In this document: positions 10,262 to 21,466 of the stretch, one piece after another
Layout: the number at the start of each line of letters is the position of its first letter
Position numbering within the stretch: the first letter of the stretch is position 1
Assembly: GCF_001194135.2 (NCBI RefSeq)
Contig: NC_068983.1
Location: 60,125,831 to 60,161,042, forward strand
DNA from: Octopus bimaculoides
Lineage: Eukaryota
Direction of reading: 5' to 3'
DNA length: 35,212 nucleotides
Program-made: the position numbers and the translations under genes
The notes under the pieces: model-generated
Seen by the model: the letters and a program-made list of their open reading frames with translations, nothing else
What the model was told of the DNA's origin: nothing
Database searches by the model: none

Positions 10262-10470
10262 TACTTTTAACATCTACATTTCAATGGTTGAATAGAGCTT
10301 ATTGAGGCAGATTTTCTGTGGCTGGATATTCTTCCTGGTGCCACCATCACTTATTTCCAAGCAAAGTCATATTACTTCCATGGCCAGGCTTCCTTTCACA
10401 GAACATTGGAAACAAATGACACCACTTGTAGAACAGTGACACTCGTTCACAACTATCACACTTTAAGAAG
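10262..10470 (-). mobile_element. Family C-related repeat (C2); further minus-strand copies at ~9575-9810, ~12085-12270, ~14378-14610, ~15345-15445
   Basis: Shared motifs ttaacatc.acattt...ttgaggcagattttct...ttccaagcaa.g..atatt...gacagtga..ctc.tt.acaac. Confidence 0.65.
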
Positions 10471-10480
10471 ACACACACAC

Positions 10481-10620
10481 AGAGGCTTCTTTCAGTTTCC
10501 ATCAACCAGATCCACTTACAAGGCTTTGGTCAGTGTAGGGCTATAGTAAAAGACACTTTCCCAAGATGTCATGCAGTAGAACTGAACCTGAAACCATGCA
10601 GTTGGGAAGTAAACTTCTTA
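10481..10620 (-). mobile_element. SINE family B 5' part
   Basis: ggcttctttcagtttcc...gacactttcccaag...gaactgaacctgaaaccatg. Confidence 0.75.
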
Positions 10621-11296
10621 GGATGTAGTTATATAAGATTGCCTCTTTGGAAGGTGAAATGGCAATAACATAAGACAGCCAATAAGAAGAACTAAATAAG
10701 AAACAGAAGCAGGTTACAGATTTATAGCTGAAACAAATTAATCAAATCCATAAACGGATCCATATACATTTGAAATAGGATCAAACATCAACTGGAAATT
10801 GTAACATAAGTAGTAGGGCAGTAATAGTGATGTAAGCGGAATAATCATGTAATGGAATAGTCATTAAGCAGAACATAATTCAAGTGTTATGGAAGTAATG
10901 TAATGCAATAGAAGGTTAGAAATAGATCAAGAATCAAACCTAGAAACTGTTTAATTGGAGTTTGCCTGACCAGCATCGATTATTCAACAGAAACTAGTCT
11001 AAGTTTATTTTTTTAATTAATTGTAAATGGTTGTTACAGTTAACAAGGACTTTATTACATGACAAATTTCTACAGTTAGCAAGCAAAAAGTGACAGAGAT
11101 CTAAATGAACCATAGCTAATCTGGGATATTATGAAATTTACATTATCATAATAATGACAACTAACAGAATGGCTATAACAACAACTGCAGATTAAACAGT
11201 CCAAACTTAGATTGAAAGTCAGAAAAAAACAAAAAAAGGTATTTCTAACCTCAACTTACATACAATCTAATTCAATGTACATGCAGAAGTTTTGTC

Positions 11297-11643
11297 TTCT
11301 ATTTGTTACTTGTTTCAGTTATTAGACTGTGGTCATGCTGGGGCACCGCCTTGAAGAATTTTAGTAAAATGAATCGACTCCAGTACTATTTATTTAAGCC
11401 TGGTACTTATTTTGTTGAATGTAAACATACCAACACCGGTCATCAAGCGGTGGTGGAGGACAGACACACACACACATGTATATGAGGGATGCTTTCAGTT
11501 TCCATCTACCAAATCCACTCACAAGGCTTTGGTCAGCCCGAGACTGTAATAGAAGACACTTGCCCAAGGTGCCACACATTGGGACTGAACCTGGAACCAT
11601 GTGGTTGGGAAGTAAAGTTCTTACCATGAAGCCATTCCTGCAC
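11297..11643 (-). mobile_element. SINE family B, full length
   Basis: Colinear with 8606-8956. Confidence 0.88.
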
Positions 11644-11812
11644 TTGTCAAATATTTCTAACATTATTTACAGTACAGCAAATTCCAGATGTGTTGCTATT
11701 TTTTTTCCTTTTAACAGAAATAAATAAAAAAAAACAAAGGTCACATTACATAAAATTCTAAAAGATTAACTTCCACCCATCCATCTTGCAAATAGAGATA
11801 CAATTTACTCAC

Positions 11813-11883
11813 AGAAATTTATTTTCTACTTCTTCCACTGCTTTTGCAAATTCTTGCCTTGTGGCAGTATTCATCTTTGTACT
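11813..11883 (-). CDS. CHCHD3: MIC19/CHCHD3-family coding exon, 71 nt, phase 0/2
   Basis: ttctgtgttccag| ... CT|gtgagt; encodes STKMNTATRQEFAKAVEEVENKF(L), matching human SSEFYRVTTEQYQKAAEEVEAKFK. Confidence 0.92.
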
Positions 11884-12334
11884 CTGGAACACAGAATATA
11901 ATGTGAAAGAGAAATGTAAATTTGGAATACAAAACAGAAATTTCATACGAGTTTACAAAGGAAAAGGTTTGGTAATTTCATAGATTTTACTTAACTGTTG
12001 TGTATATATTGTTTGGTTATCTCATCAGCTTGGTCTAATACAAGATTTATGTTGAGGCAACAGATCTATTATTAAGAATATCATTAACATCAGTGGCAAC
12101 ATATGGGGCAGTTCATTGAGGCTGATTTTCTGCAGTCAGGTGCTCTTCCAGTCACCAACAATAACTGGTTCCCAAGCAAGGAAATATTTTTCCATGACCA
12201 GAAACAAAAGAAACTACTTGTATGACAGTGATGCTCATTTACAGCTTTTGCACAATGTCAAGACAAGAACACACACACACACACACACGTACATATGATT
12301 GTGTGTGGGGGGGGAGAATACATACACACACATA

Positions 12335-12690
12335 CATCATCATCGTCGTTTAACATCTGCTTTCCATGCTGGCATGGGTTGGATGGTTTGACTGAGGACT
12401 GGTGAGCCAGATGCCGGCACCAGGCTCCAGTCTGATCTCGCAGAGTTTCTACAGCTGGATGCCCTTCCTAATGCCAACCACTCCAAGAGTGTAGTGGGTG
12501 CTTTTACATGCCACCTGCACGAGGGCCAGTCAGGCGGTACTGGCAACGGCCACGCTCAAATGGTGTTTTTTTACGTGCCACCTGCACAGGAGCCAGTCCA
12601 GTGGCACTGGCAGCAACCTTGCTCGAATGTTGCTTTTCACATGCCACCAGTACAAGTGCCAGTAAGGCGACACTGGTAACAATCACACTT
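12335..12690 (-). mobile_element. Family C copy with subrepeats
   Basis: Reverse complement of 2065-2510. Confidence 0.82.
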
Positions 12691-12700
12691 GAATGGTATT

Positions 12701-12828
12701 CCTTCTACCAAATCCACTCACAAGACTTAGAAAACACTTGTCCAAGATACACAAGGTGATGCACAGTGGGACTGAACCTAAAATCATGTGGTTGGAAAGC
12801 AAACTTCCTAACCACACAACCATGCCTG
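12701..12828 (-). mobile_element. SINE family B 5' part
   Basis: accaaatccactcacaag...gggactgaacctaaaatcatgtggttgg...aaccacacaacc. Confidence 0.75.
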
Positions 12829-12879
12829 TAATTCAAAACTCTGGTAAACAACTTATTTCTCTTCCTGTGAAGCCTTCCT

Positions 12880-13050
12880 GGCTTTGTGGTTAGGGTATTC
12901 CAGTTCACAATCGTAAGGTTGTGAATTCAATTCCCAGTGAGAACTACATCAAAGGTATGCATGTCTGTGGAGTACTCAGCAACTAGTACATTAATTTTAT
13001 GAGCAAGCTGTTCCATTGATAAGATCAGCTGGAACCCTCAACATTGTAAC
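12880..13050 (+). mobile_element. Family E copy with internal deletion
   Basis: gtggttagggt...ttcaattccc fused to gagaactacatcaaaggt...gtctgtggagtactcagc...gctgttccattgat. Confidence 0.65.
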
Positions 13051-13162
13051 CGTCTTCACAAGTCTGTTTAGCTATATAGCTAAATGCAAAACCAATAAAT
13101 AACTTATATTTTAAAACACTAAACAATTTTAGTTTTAAAAGGAAATAATTAAAACCACAAAC

Positions 13163-13336
13163 CTGGTGTTGGAGAGATTTCATTTTTTCTTGGTAAAATT
13201 CTTCAATGGATCTGAAAGCTTTTTCTCGTTCCACATAAATTTCATTCATTTGTTTATAAATATGATTTCGTTCCATGGCAATCAATTCCTTCTCCTTGCT
13301 TTCGGCCTCAGCAGCTGGGGCAAGGGCAGCTGCCGG
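13163..13336 (-). CDS. CHCHD3: MIC19/CHCHD3-family internal coding exon (coiled coil), 58 aa, phase 0/0
   Basis: Acceptor ttattcctgatag| and donor CAG|gtttgt bound an open 174 nt encoding PAAALAPAAEAESKEKELIAMERNHIYKQMNEIYVEREKAFRSIEEFYQEKMKSLQHQ. It splices in frame to the next exon; FYQEKMKSL aligns with FYKEQLARL of human CHCHD3. Confidence 0.88.
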
Positions 13337-13671
13337 CTATCAGGAATAATATCAAATAAAAACTGTTTTCATTTCTTTGAACAACAACAGTCCCGACATT
13401 AAACTGGGGTCCATGTAAAAATTTGATTATTGATATGTCAATAAGCCCATGAACATGAATAGCAATGAAGATGGGATTAATTTTAGAAGATTTAAGATTT
13501 GCAGAACATGTATTAATTTTAATTTCTGTTAGTTCTCACTCCACAGCAAAAGTTATATATGGAAGTTATATACACACAATTACAGATGATTTGAAAAACT
13601 ATATTCACTGAAACACACAAGTTTAAAGACAGCCAAAGAACTACACATCACTTATCTAAAAGATGGACAAA

Positions 13672-14362
13672 CCCTCTGGATACCAACCCACCTGACACTG
13701 CTCCCAGGTTATTTGACTCAAACCTTCTGCTTTAACCCTTTAGCATTCAAATTACTCTGTCAAATGTAATGTTTATTTATCCACATTGAATTAATCGTGA
13801 ATTATTTCAAAGCTTTGAGATTTCAAACTTTGTGTTTGCTTACTTTTAGAATGACATTGTAAGGTAGATGTGAGAAGCCAGATCTGGCCAGTTTGAATAT
13901 AAAACCAGCAGGATATTTTACCCAGATATGGCTAGTTTAAATGCTAAAGGGTTGAAGTGATCTAAATTTAAACCTTTCATCATAATTTCATGTTACTTTC
14001 TCATCTAAATGCCAGCTTAAAAATGACAAAGCTATTTCAATAAATTTTTCATTATTTTCAAAACTAATTAAAATAAAGGCATTTTATTTCAACAGAAATA
14101 TGGTAATAAAATGGGTCGACCCTTTTGATACCAACCCACCTGAAACTGTCCTTTGCTATATGCTACTTCCCATGATCTAAATTCACCTTTAGCACGCTTA
14201 GGGGACATGTCAGTAACGAGTTTTCTCCCCTGCAGCTGCATTGTGTCGCATTGAGAAAACTCATACAGCAATGTGAGGCATCTACAATATGCTAAAAGGT
14301 TTAAAGCTTTTCATAAAAATTTCATGTTCATTTTTGTTCCAAATATCAATTTAACAATGACA
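13672..14362. mobile_element. Cluster of piggyBac-type (TTAA) MITEs: two host copies (13672-14115, 14120-~14362), each with a nested MITE (13736-13951, 14186-14299)
   Basis: Nested ends TTAA|ccctttagcatt...aatgctaaaggg|TTGA and TTCA|cctttagca...tgctaaaagg|TTTA; host ccc.t.tgataccaacccacctga... resumes after each insert. Confidence 0.7.
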
Positions 14363-14619
14363 TCATCATTATCACCTTTACCATTAACATCCACTTTTCC
14401 ATGCCTGCATGGGTCAGGTAGAAGTCATTTAGGCATATTTTCTATAGCCAGATGCCCTTCTAGTCACCAACTGTTTCCAAGCAAGGTAATATTGCCAGAA
14501 ATATTTTTCTGGCAATATTACTTTGCATGCTCACATCAGACAAGGTGATGTTGTATCAAGGTGATGCTTGTCTACAACCATCACAGGATGTCAAGACAAG
14601 GATACATATCAGCACACAC

Positions 14620-14765
14620 ACAAGGCTTCTACAGTTTCCATCTATCAAATCCATTCACAAGGCTTCAGTGATGGTTATAGGACACTTGCCCAAGGTCCCA
14701 CACAGTGAGATTGAACCCGACACTATCATGCTCGGGAAGCAATCTTCTTAACCACTCAGCCACAC
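14620..14765 (-). mobile_element. SINE family B 5' part
   Basis: cagtttccatctatcaaatcc...gacacttgcccaagg...aaccactcagcc. Confidence 0.75.
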
Positions 14766-15008
14766 ACATTATTTTACAAAAGTCTTCGTTATCTTAAAAA
14801 TTTATTAAAATATAGGGAATGTATTTCAATGACAATATAGTAAGAAAAGAGTTAAAGTAAGTTAGCAGCATTTCTCCATTTACATTGAAGATTAAATACA
14901 GAATATGAAACAAGATCAAAATTTGCAATATTTTCTAAACATACATTGATCTCATACAAATCTTGTCACATTAATTCAACTTAGCCATAAGTACAAAATA
15001 AAATAAAA

Positions 15009-15120
15009 TGAAATAAAATAAAAATAAAACTTTTTATAATGAAATAAAATAAAAATAAAACATTTTATAATGAAATAAAATTAAAATAAAACTTTTTATA
15101 ATGAAACAAAATTGAAATTA
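15009..15120. repeat. 31-bp AT-rich minisatellite x3.5
   Basis: tgaaataaaataaaaataaaactttttataa repeated at 15009, 15040 and 15071. Confidence 0.9.
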
Positions 15121-15718
15121 AATAAAATCTTGAAATAATAAGCAAAATTTTCTCTTTGCTACAAAAAAAAAATTAAATTATTCTGGAATATAATAGCAGC
15201 AGATAGCAAGCTAAGAATAAAAGCCACAAGAAAATAAAGATGATTAAATGATAAAATGCTGTAAAGAATTTAAAATTTTGTTAGATGAAAAAATAAGACT
15301 ACTATCAATTATTAAAACCAAGTTTTAAATCTTGGAATCATCACTGTCATTGTTTAAACGTCCACTTTTGCATGCTCACATGGGTCAGACAATTTGTTGA
15401 CATAGGATTTTCTATGCTTAGAAGCTTCTTCTGTCACTCAACCAGATGATACACTCCTCTTTCTCCTCAATGGTATATCATCATTGGAGAATTCTTGAAT
15501 CTTGAGATTATCTCTGCTTCACATCATGTGGAGTTGATCTTCATTGACATTTAGTGACTGTGATACATTGTCAACAAGAGGAAATGATTATAATAAATCA
15601 AGAATTTATGTTGTGTGGTATTTGGAACACATGTATTTCTCTATCTTGTTCAAATACATGCGACTGACCATTAAGTTCTTCCTCCTAGATACTTTATGTG
15701 TGTGTGTGTGTATGTATG

Positions 15719-15751
<33 letters not shown>

Positions 15752-16113
15752 ATATATATATATATGATGAGATATATATANNNNNNNNNNNNNNNNNNNN
15801 NNNNNNNNNNNNNNNNNNNNNNNNNNNNNNNNNNNNNNNNNNNNNNNNNNNNNNNNNNNNNNNNNNNNNNNNNNNNNNNNNNNNNNNNNNNNNNNNNNNN
15901 NNNNNNNNNNNNNNNNNNNNNNNNNNNNNNNNNNNNNNNNNNNNNNNNNNNNNNNNNNNNNNNNNNNNNNNNNNNNNNNNNNNNNNNNNNNNNNNNNNNG
16001 AAAGGCATGAAATTGTTACGATCTTTTGGACAAGAACTGATGAGAAATTAGGAACGTCCTATGTGTGAATTTTCCATCTGTTATGTTTCTATTTAAATTT
16101 TAGAACATATATA

Positions 16114-16958
16114 TTAGGTCATCCCATAAATAATGCAGTTTTTTTTCATTTGCATGAACTAAAAGTCGGAGAGGGACAAGATAAACTATCTGCATCAAAC
16201 TTGCTATAAAAGTTATTCTTAGTGCAAGTTTTGAAGAGTGCAGTTCGATTTTAACAGTTATTTTTTCAAAGCTATAATGAAAGTGACAAAGGAGCATATT
16301 CGATATATTTTGCTTTATGAGTTCAATAAAGGCAACAATGCAACGGAAAGTGCAAGGAATATTAATGCAGTATAAGGGGATCAGACACTAAGCGTAAGCA
16401 AGTGTCAACAGTGATTCCAGAAATTCTGAGCAGGAAACTGCAGCCTAGAAGATGAGCCTCGTCCTGGAAGATCTGTAGAGCTTGATGAGGACATCTTGTA
16501 AATCTGGTGGAACAAAATCCCATCGCAACTGTTGAGGAACTAGCAGAAATGTTTGGATTTCGTCATTCAACCAGTCATTTAAATCAGCATTAGAAGGAAA
16601 ACGACCATCTTTGGTTTCAAGACAAAAGGTGTTCTTCCATCAGGATAATGCTCGGCCATATACAGTGAGGATGACATGCCAAAGGCTGGAGCAGTTTGAA
16701 TGGGAAATGATGCCCCACCCACCATATTTGCCAGACATTGCCCCATCTGATTATTATTTTTTCCAAAGTCAGTACTGGAGGAATATTTTTCATAAGGGAC
16801 AAGTGAATTTTGGAAGTGGGGCCTTGCAAGTCTACCAGATAGATAAATAGAGCATTGTAGAAAATGAAGGAGAGTATATTTTAGATTAAAAAAGAACTTT
16901 GTTTATCTTAATTTTGAAAAATTTAAGAAGAAATTGCATTATTTATGGGATGACCCAA
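16114..16958 (+). mobile_element. Internally deleted mariner element with both TIRs
   Basis: TA|ttaggtcatcccataaataatgc ... gcattatttatgggatgacccaa|TA. From 16277: MKVTKEHIRYILLYEFNKGNNAT...LEDEPRPGR; also FHQDNARPY...PHPPYLPDIAPSDY; multiple stops. Confidence 0.93.
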
Positions 16959-17093
16959 TATATATATATATATATATNNNNNNNNNNNNNNNNNNNNNNN
17001 NNNNNNNNNNNNNNNNNNNNNNNNNNNNNNNNNNNNNNNNNNNNNNNNNNNNNNNNNNNNNNNNNNNNNNNNNNNNNTGTGTGTGTGAGTGTG

Positions 17094-17125
<32 letters not shown>

Positions 17126-17469
17126 TGTGCATACATTGCCAAAGATCCTAGCATCACAATCATAATACAGGACCAGATACTGCTTGGGTTTCAAGAACCC
17201 AGAGCTCCTCAGTATTCATCCAAATTGAGTGAGTGACCTGCATGATGTGGATGTGTCAGCAAAACAAAACTGCATCTCCTCCTGTCAAAGGTTCAAGATG
17301 ATCCTACCTCGTGGCAGGAAACAGAGGTGAGTGCAGCAGCACCAAACCCACCTCATTCACCAAATGCCACACATCAGAGGAGATTTCAAATAATGGTGTA
17401 ACACAGCCAACAATAGTGCCCCGGCATGGCCACTGCTTTAAAGCTGATACAATTTCAAAAGTTAAACAA

Positions 17470-17612
17470 TATACATGCATATGTATATATATATGCATAT
17501 GTGTATATATGTACATGTATATATATGCATACGTGCATATATATACATATATATATGCATACGTGTATAGATATACATGTATATATATATATATATGCAT
17601 ATGTGTATAGAT

Positions 17613-17668
<56 letters not shown>

Positions 17669-18088
17669 NNNNNNNNNNNNNNNNNNNNNNNNNNNNNNNN
17701 NNNNNNNNNNNNNNNNNNNNNNNNNNNNNNNNNNNNNNNNNNNNNNNNNNNNNNNNNNNNNNNNNNNNNNNNNNNNNNNNNNNNNNNNNNNNNNNNNNNN
17801 NNNNNNNNNNNNNNNNNNNNNNNNNNNNNNNNNNNNNNNNNNNNNNNNNNNNNNNNNNNNNNNNNNNNNNNNNNNNNNNNNNNNNNNNNNNNNNNNNNNN
17901 NNNNNNNNNNNNNNNNNNNNNNNNNNNNNNNNNNNNNNNNNNNNNNNNNNNNNNNNNNNNNNNNNNNNNNNNNNNNNNNNNNNNNNNNNNNNNNNNNNNN
18001 NNNNNNNNNNNNTATATATATATATATATATATGCATATGTGTATAGATATATATATATATATATATGCATATGTGTATAGATATACA

Positions 18089-18122
<34 letters not shown>

Positions 18123-18338
18123 AATATATATATGCATACGTGTATATATATAAACATGTGTGTATATATATATATATATATGCATACATGCATATATATA
18201 AACGTGTATATATATATATATATGCATACATGTATATATATAAACATGTATATATATATATATGCATACATGTATATATATAAACATGTATATATATATA
18301 TGCATACATATGTATGTATATTTATATATGCATACATA

Positions 18339-18406
<68 letters not shown>

Positions 18407-18533
18407 TATATATAAATATTTATATGCACGTATATATATGTGTGTGTGCATATGCATGTATATATATATATCATATATAGGTGAAAGGTTGAAAAGTAAC
18501 ACATGATTTGATATATATATGTATATATATATA
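17470..18533. repeat. Compound (TA)n / tatgcatacgtg microsatellite-minisatellite array spanning a gap
   Basis: Directly visible. Confidence 0.95.
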
Positions 18534-19246
18534 TGCATTGATGTGGTATCAAAAAGTTCCCTCACTAGTTCTGTAGCACACCAACAGATGGCAGCACACA
18601 GTTGCACACGCAGTGAGAGCTAGCCTTGTGCCAAATGACCTCACTGTGTTTACTTTGCAAATGCTGAAATTTGTGATCTCGAGTATGCCGTAGCCTGCGA
18701 TTTTGTTATGAACAGGAAGTTGGAACAAAGAGAGAACCTGAAATTTAGAGTTAAACTTGAGAAGTCTGCTACAGAGACATTGAACATGCTTCTGCAAACT
18801 TACAGCGATGTGGCAATGGGTCGTACACAATATTTCGAGTATCACAGGTATTTCAAAAGTGGAAGAACATCCCTGGAAGATGATGAGTGATCTAGAAAAC
18901 CAGCCACGAGTGCCACCCCAGGAAATGTGAAGAAAATTCATCAGTTTGTAGATGAGGATCATTGGAAAACAGTCAATGACATTGCTGATGTTGTTGGTCT
19001 GTTGTATTCATCCATGTAGGCAATTCCAAAGTCTGAAATGAACATGCAGCATGTCTCTGCCAAATTTGTCCCCTGCCTGCTGACCACTAAGCAGAAAGAA
19101 CATCCTATCTGAGTCTGTCAGTGTGCCACAGATGACCCATCCTTTGTGTCAAGGATTATCACTGGTGACACGAGTAGGGTCTACAAGTACGACCCTGAGA
19201 CAAAGCAGCAGTTGTCACGTATGCATAATATATGCATACGTGTATA

Positions 19247-19279
<33 letters not shown>

Positions 19280-19454
19280 GTGTGTGTGTGTGCATACATG
19301 CATGTATATATATATATATATATATATATGCATACATGTATGTGTGTATATATATATATGCATACATATGTATGTATATGTAGATATCTATATGCATGTG
19401 TATATATGTGTGTGCATACATATATATATAACTTTTTGATACCACTTCAATGCA
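18534..19454 (+). mobile_element. Mariner (irritans-like) relic with TIRs; 3' half replaced by microsatellite
   Basis: TIRs tgcattgatgtggtatcaaaaagtt / aactttttgataccacttcaatgca; MNRKLEQRENLKFRVKLEKSATET..., [29 protein letters not shown]. Confidence 0.88.
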
Positions 19455-19459
19455 CACAC

Positions 19460-19508
<49 letters not shown>

Positions 19509-19512
<4 letters not shown>

Positions 19513-19955
19513 CAAAAGGTTCTCAGACTAGTTCTCCATGACCGACAAAGGCATAACAGAACTGCAGCTCAAATAAGAGCACGCTCACCATTTTCTTTCA
19601 GCAACCATAGTATTGGGCATTGAGAATTCTTTCCCCAAAGCCAGACTGTCAACTGAGAGTTCTACTGCAACGTTTTGAAGCATGTGAAGGACATTTAACA
19701 AAACTGACCAGACCAGTGGAGCACAAAAAAAGGAATTCTTCCCAATGGCAACGCATCCTGTCACCAATCTCTCCTCACTCATGAATTTTTTCCAAAAACC
19801 AACATTGCACCCACCTTTATTATTAACAAGATTTAGCATCTACAGACTTCCATCTCTTCTCCAAGATGAAAGTGCAGCTCAAAGGTCACCATTCCAACAC
19901 CATTGTCAAGATCGAGAGCAAATCGCAGAAGGTCCTAAACCTAAAGAAAACGACT
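19509..19955 (+). mobile_element. Second related mariner derivative (left TIR plus C-terminal catalytic region)
   Basis: Starts gtatcaaaaggttctcagactagttct, similar to the TIR at 18545; EFFPQSQTVN*EFYCNVLK, DLASTDFHLFSKMKVQLKGH. Confidence 0.8.
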
Positions 19956-20062
19956 ATATATATATGAATACATATGTATATGTATACATATGTATATACA
20001 TATATATATGTATGTATGTATATACATATGTATATATGCATATATATATATGCATATATATA

Positions 20063-20446
20063 TTTGTTGTTGGCACTCCGTCGCTTACGACGTCAAGGGT
20101 TCCAGTTGATCCGATCAACGGAACAGCCTGCTCATGAAATGAACGGCAAGTGGCTGAGCACTCCACAGACACGTGTACCCTTAACGTAGTTCTCGGGGAT
20201 ATTCAGCGTGACAGTGTGACAAGGCTGACCCTTTGAATTACAGGTACAACAGAAACAGGAAGTAAGAGTGAGAGAAAGTTGTGGTGGAAGAGTACAGCAG
20301 GGTTCACCACCATCCCCTGCCGGAGCCTCGTGGAGCTTTAGGTGTTTTCGCTCAATAAACACTCACAACGCCCGGTCTGGGAATCGAAACCGCGATCCTA
20401 TGACCACAAGTCCGCTGCCCTAACCACTGAGCCATTGTGCCTCCAC
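20063..20446 (-). mobile_element. tRNA-derived SINE (family E), full length and little diverged
   Basis: Minus head gtggaggcacaatggctcagtggttagggcagcggact...ggtttcgattcccag has clear A/B boxes; body cacgtgtctgtggagtgctcagccac; tail gacggagtgccaacaac. Confidence 0.88.
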
Positions 20447-20472
20447 GCATATATATATATATATATATATAT

Positions 20473-20560
20473 AGTTTTAAATTTTTTAATTTAAGAGAGA
20501 GAATTGACGCTAATATGGATATTAGCGTCAAATCTCTCTCTTAAATTTAAATTTAAAACT
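20473..20560. repeat. 88-nt hairpin with 4-nt loop
   Basis: agttttaaat..ttaagagagagaattgacgctaata-TGGA-tattagcgtcaaatctctctcttaa..atttaaaact. Confidence 0.9.
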
Positions 20561-20669
20561 TTGGATATATAAACAAGGAGAACGATCCCTAAGGAGTCTG
20601 ATTTAGACTTTTTTGCGGTGAAATCTCCTGTTATATTGGTAACGATTACATAGTTTTCTATGAAAAATT

Positions 20670-20984
20670 ATATATGTATACATATATACATATATATATA
20701 TGCATACATATGTATATATATACATATAAGTATATATATATATACATATATGTATTTATTTATACATATATGTATTTATTTATACATATATGTATTTATT
20801 TATACATATATGTATTTATTTATTTATGTGTGTATTTATTTATTTATGTGTGTATTTATTTATTTATGTGTGTATTTATTTATTTATGTGTGTATTTATT
20901 TATTTATGTGTGTATTTATTTATGTGTGTGTGTGTTTATTTATGTGTGTGTGTGTGTTTATTTATGTGTGTGTGTGTGTTTATT

Positions 20985-21016
<32 letters not shown>
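20670..21016. repeat. Compound 20-bp minisatellite grading into (TG)n
   Basis: tatacatatatgtatttatt x4, then tatttatgtgtgtatttatt x5, then (tg)n-tttatt units. Confidence 0.95.
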
Positions 21017-21017
<1 letters not shown>

Positions 21018-21425
21018 ACGCGCGCGCACATATGCTAATAGTTATAATTATTAATATCCAGGACTGCTGCCATAGTCTCCTTTAGAGAAACTTAGAAATA
21101 ATAATATTTCTATATATGTATATGTATATAAATACACATATATGTATATATAGATAAATTAAGAAATGGAGTTAAATGCAGGTGTTATTCAAATTTTTAT
21201 ACTTCCAACAGATGTTTCGAAGGAAACATTGGTATTATTCCTGAGGGAATAAAATGATGTAAAACAATGTAATCATCTTGTCAGGGAAAAAAGAAAAACG
21301 AAACACATTAATAAGCCATTTTAACCGAATGCGATTACCGCGTATATGATGATGGGAACACTGGCAAGTTATTTTTGAAAAAAAACCGTTAATGGATTTA
21401 ACATCAAAGGCAATTTAGAGACAGA

Positions 21426-21466
<41 letters not shown>

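Noticed and set aside
11766-11780. ATG GGT GGA AGT as the myristoylated MIC19 N-terminus
   Set aside because: It is followed immediately by TAA and lies inside the intron downstream of the 71-nt exon.
13025-13285. Stand-alone 86-aa ORF from the track
   Set aside because: It is part of a MIC19 exon; sequence after 13163 is intron read-through, and the true exon starts at the acceptor at 13336.
17304-18607. Long ORFs rich in I/Y/H/C/V (also at 15544-16068, 19123-19531, 20660-21085, 21404-22418, 27378-28725)
   Set aside because: They are translations of TA/TG microsatellites and N gaps, not proteins.
20375-20446. tRNA gene
   Set aside because: The tRNA-like A/B boxes are the head of a SINE, continuous with a SINE body and tail; there is no complete cloverleaf. 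The same applies to the other SINE heads.
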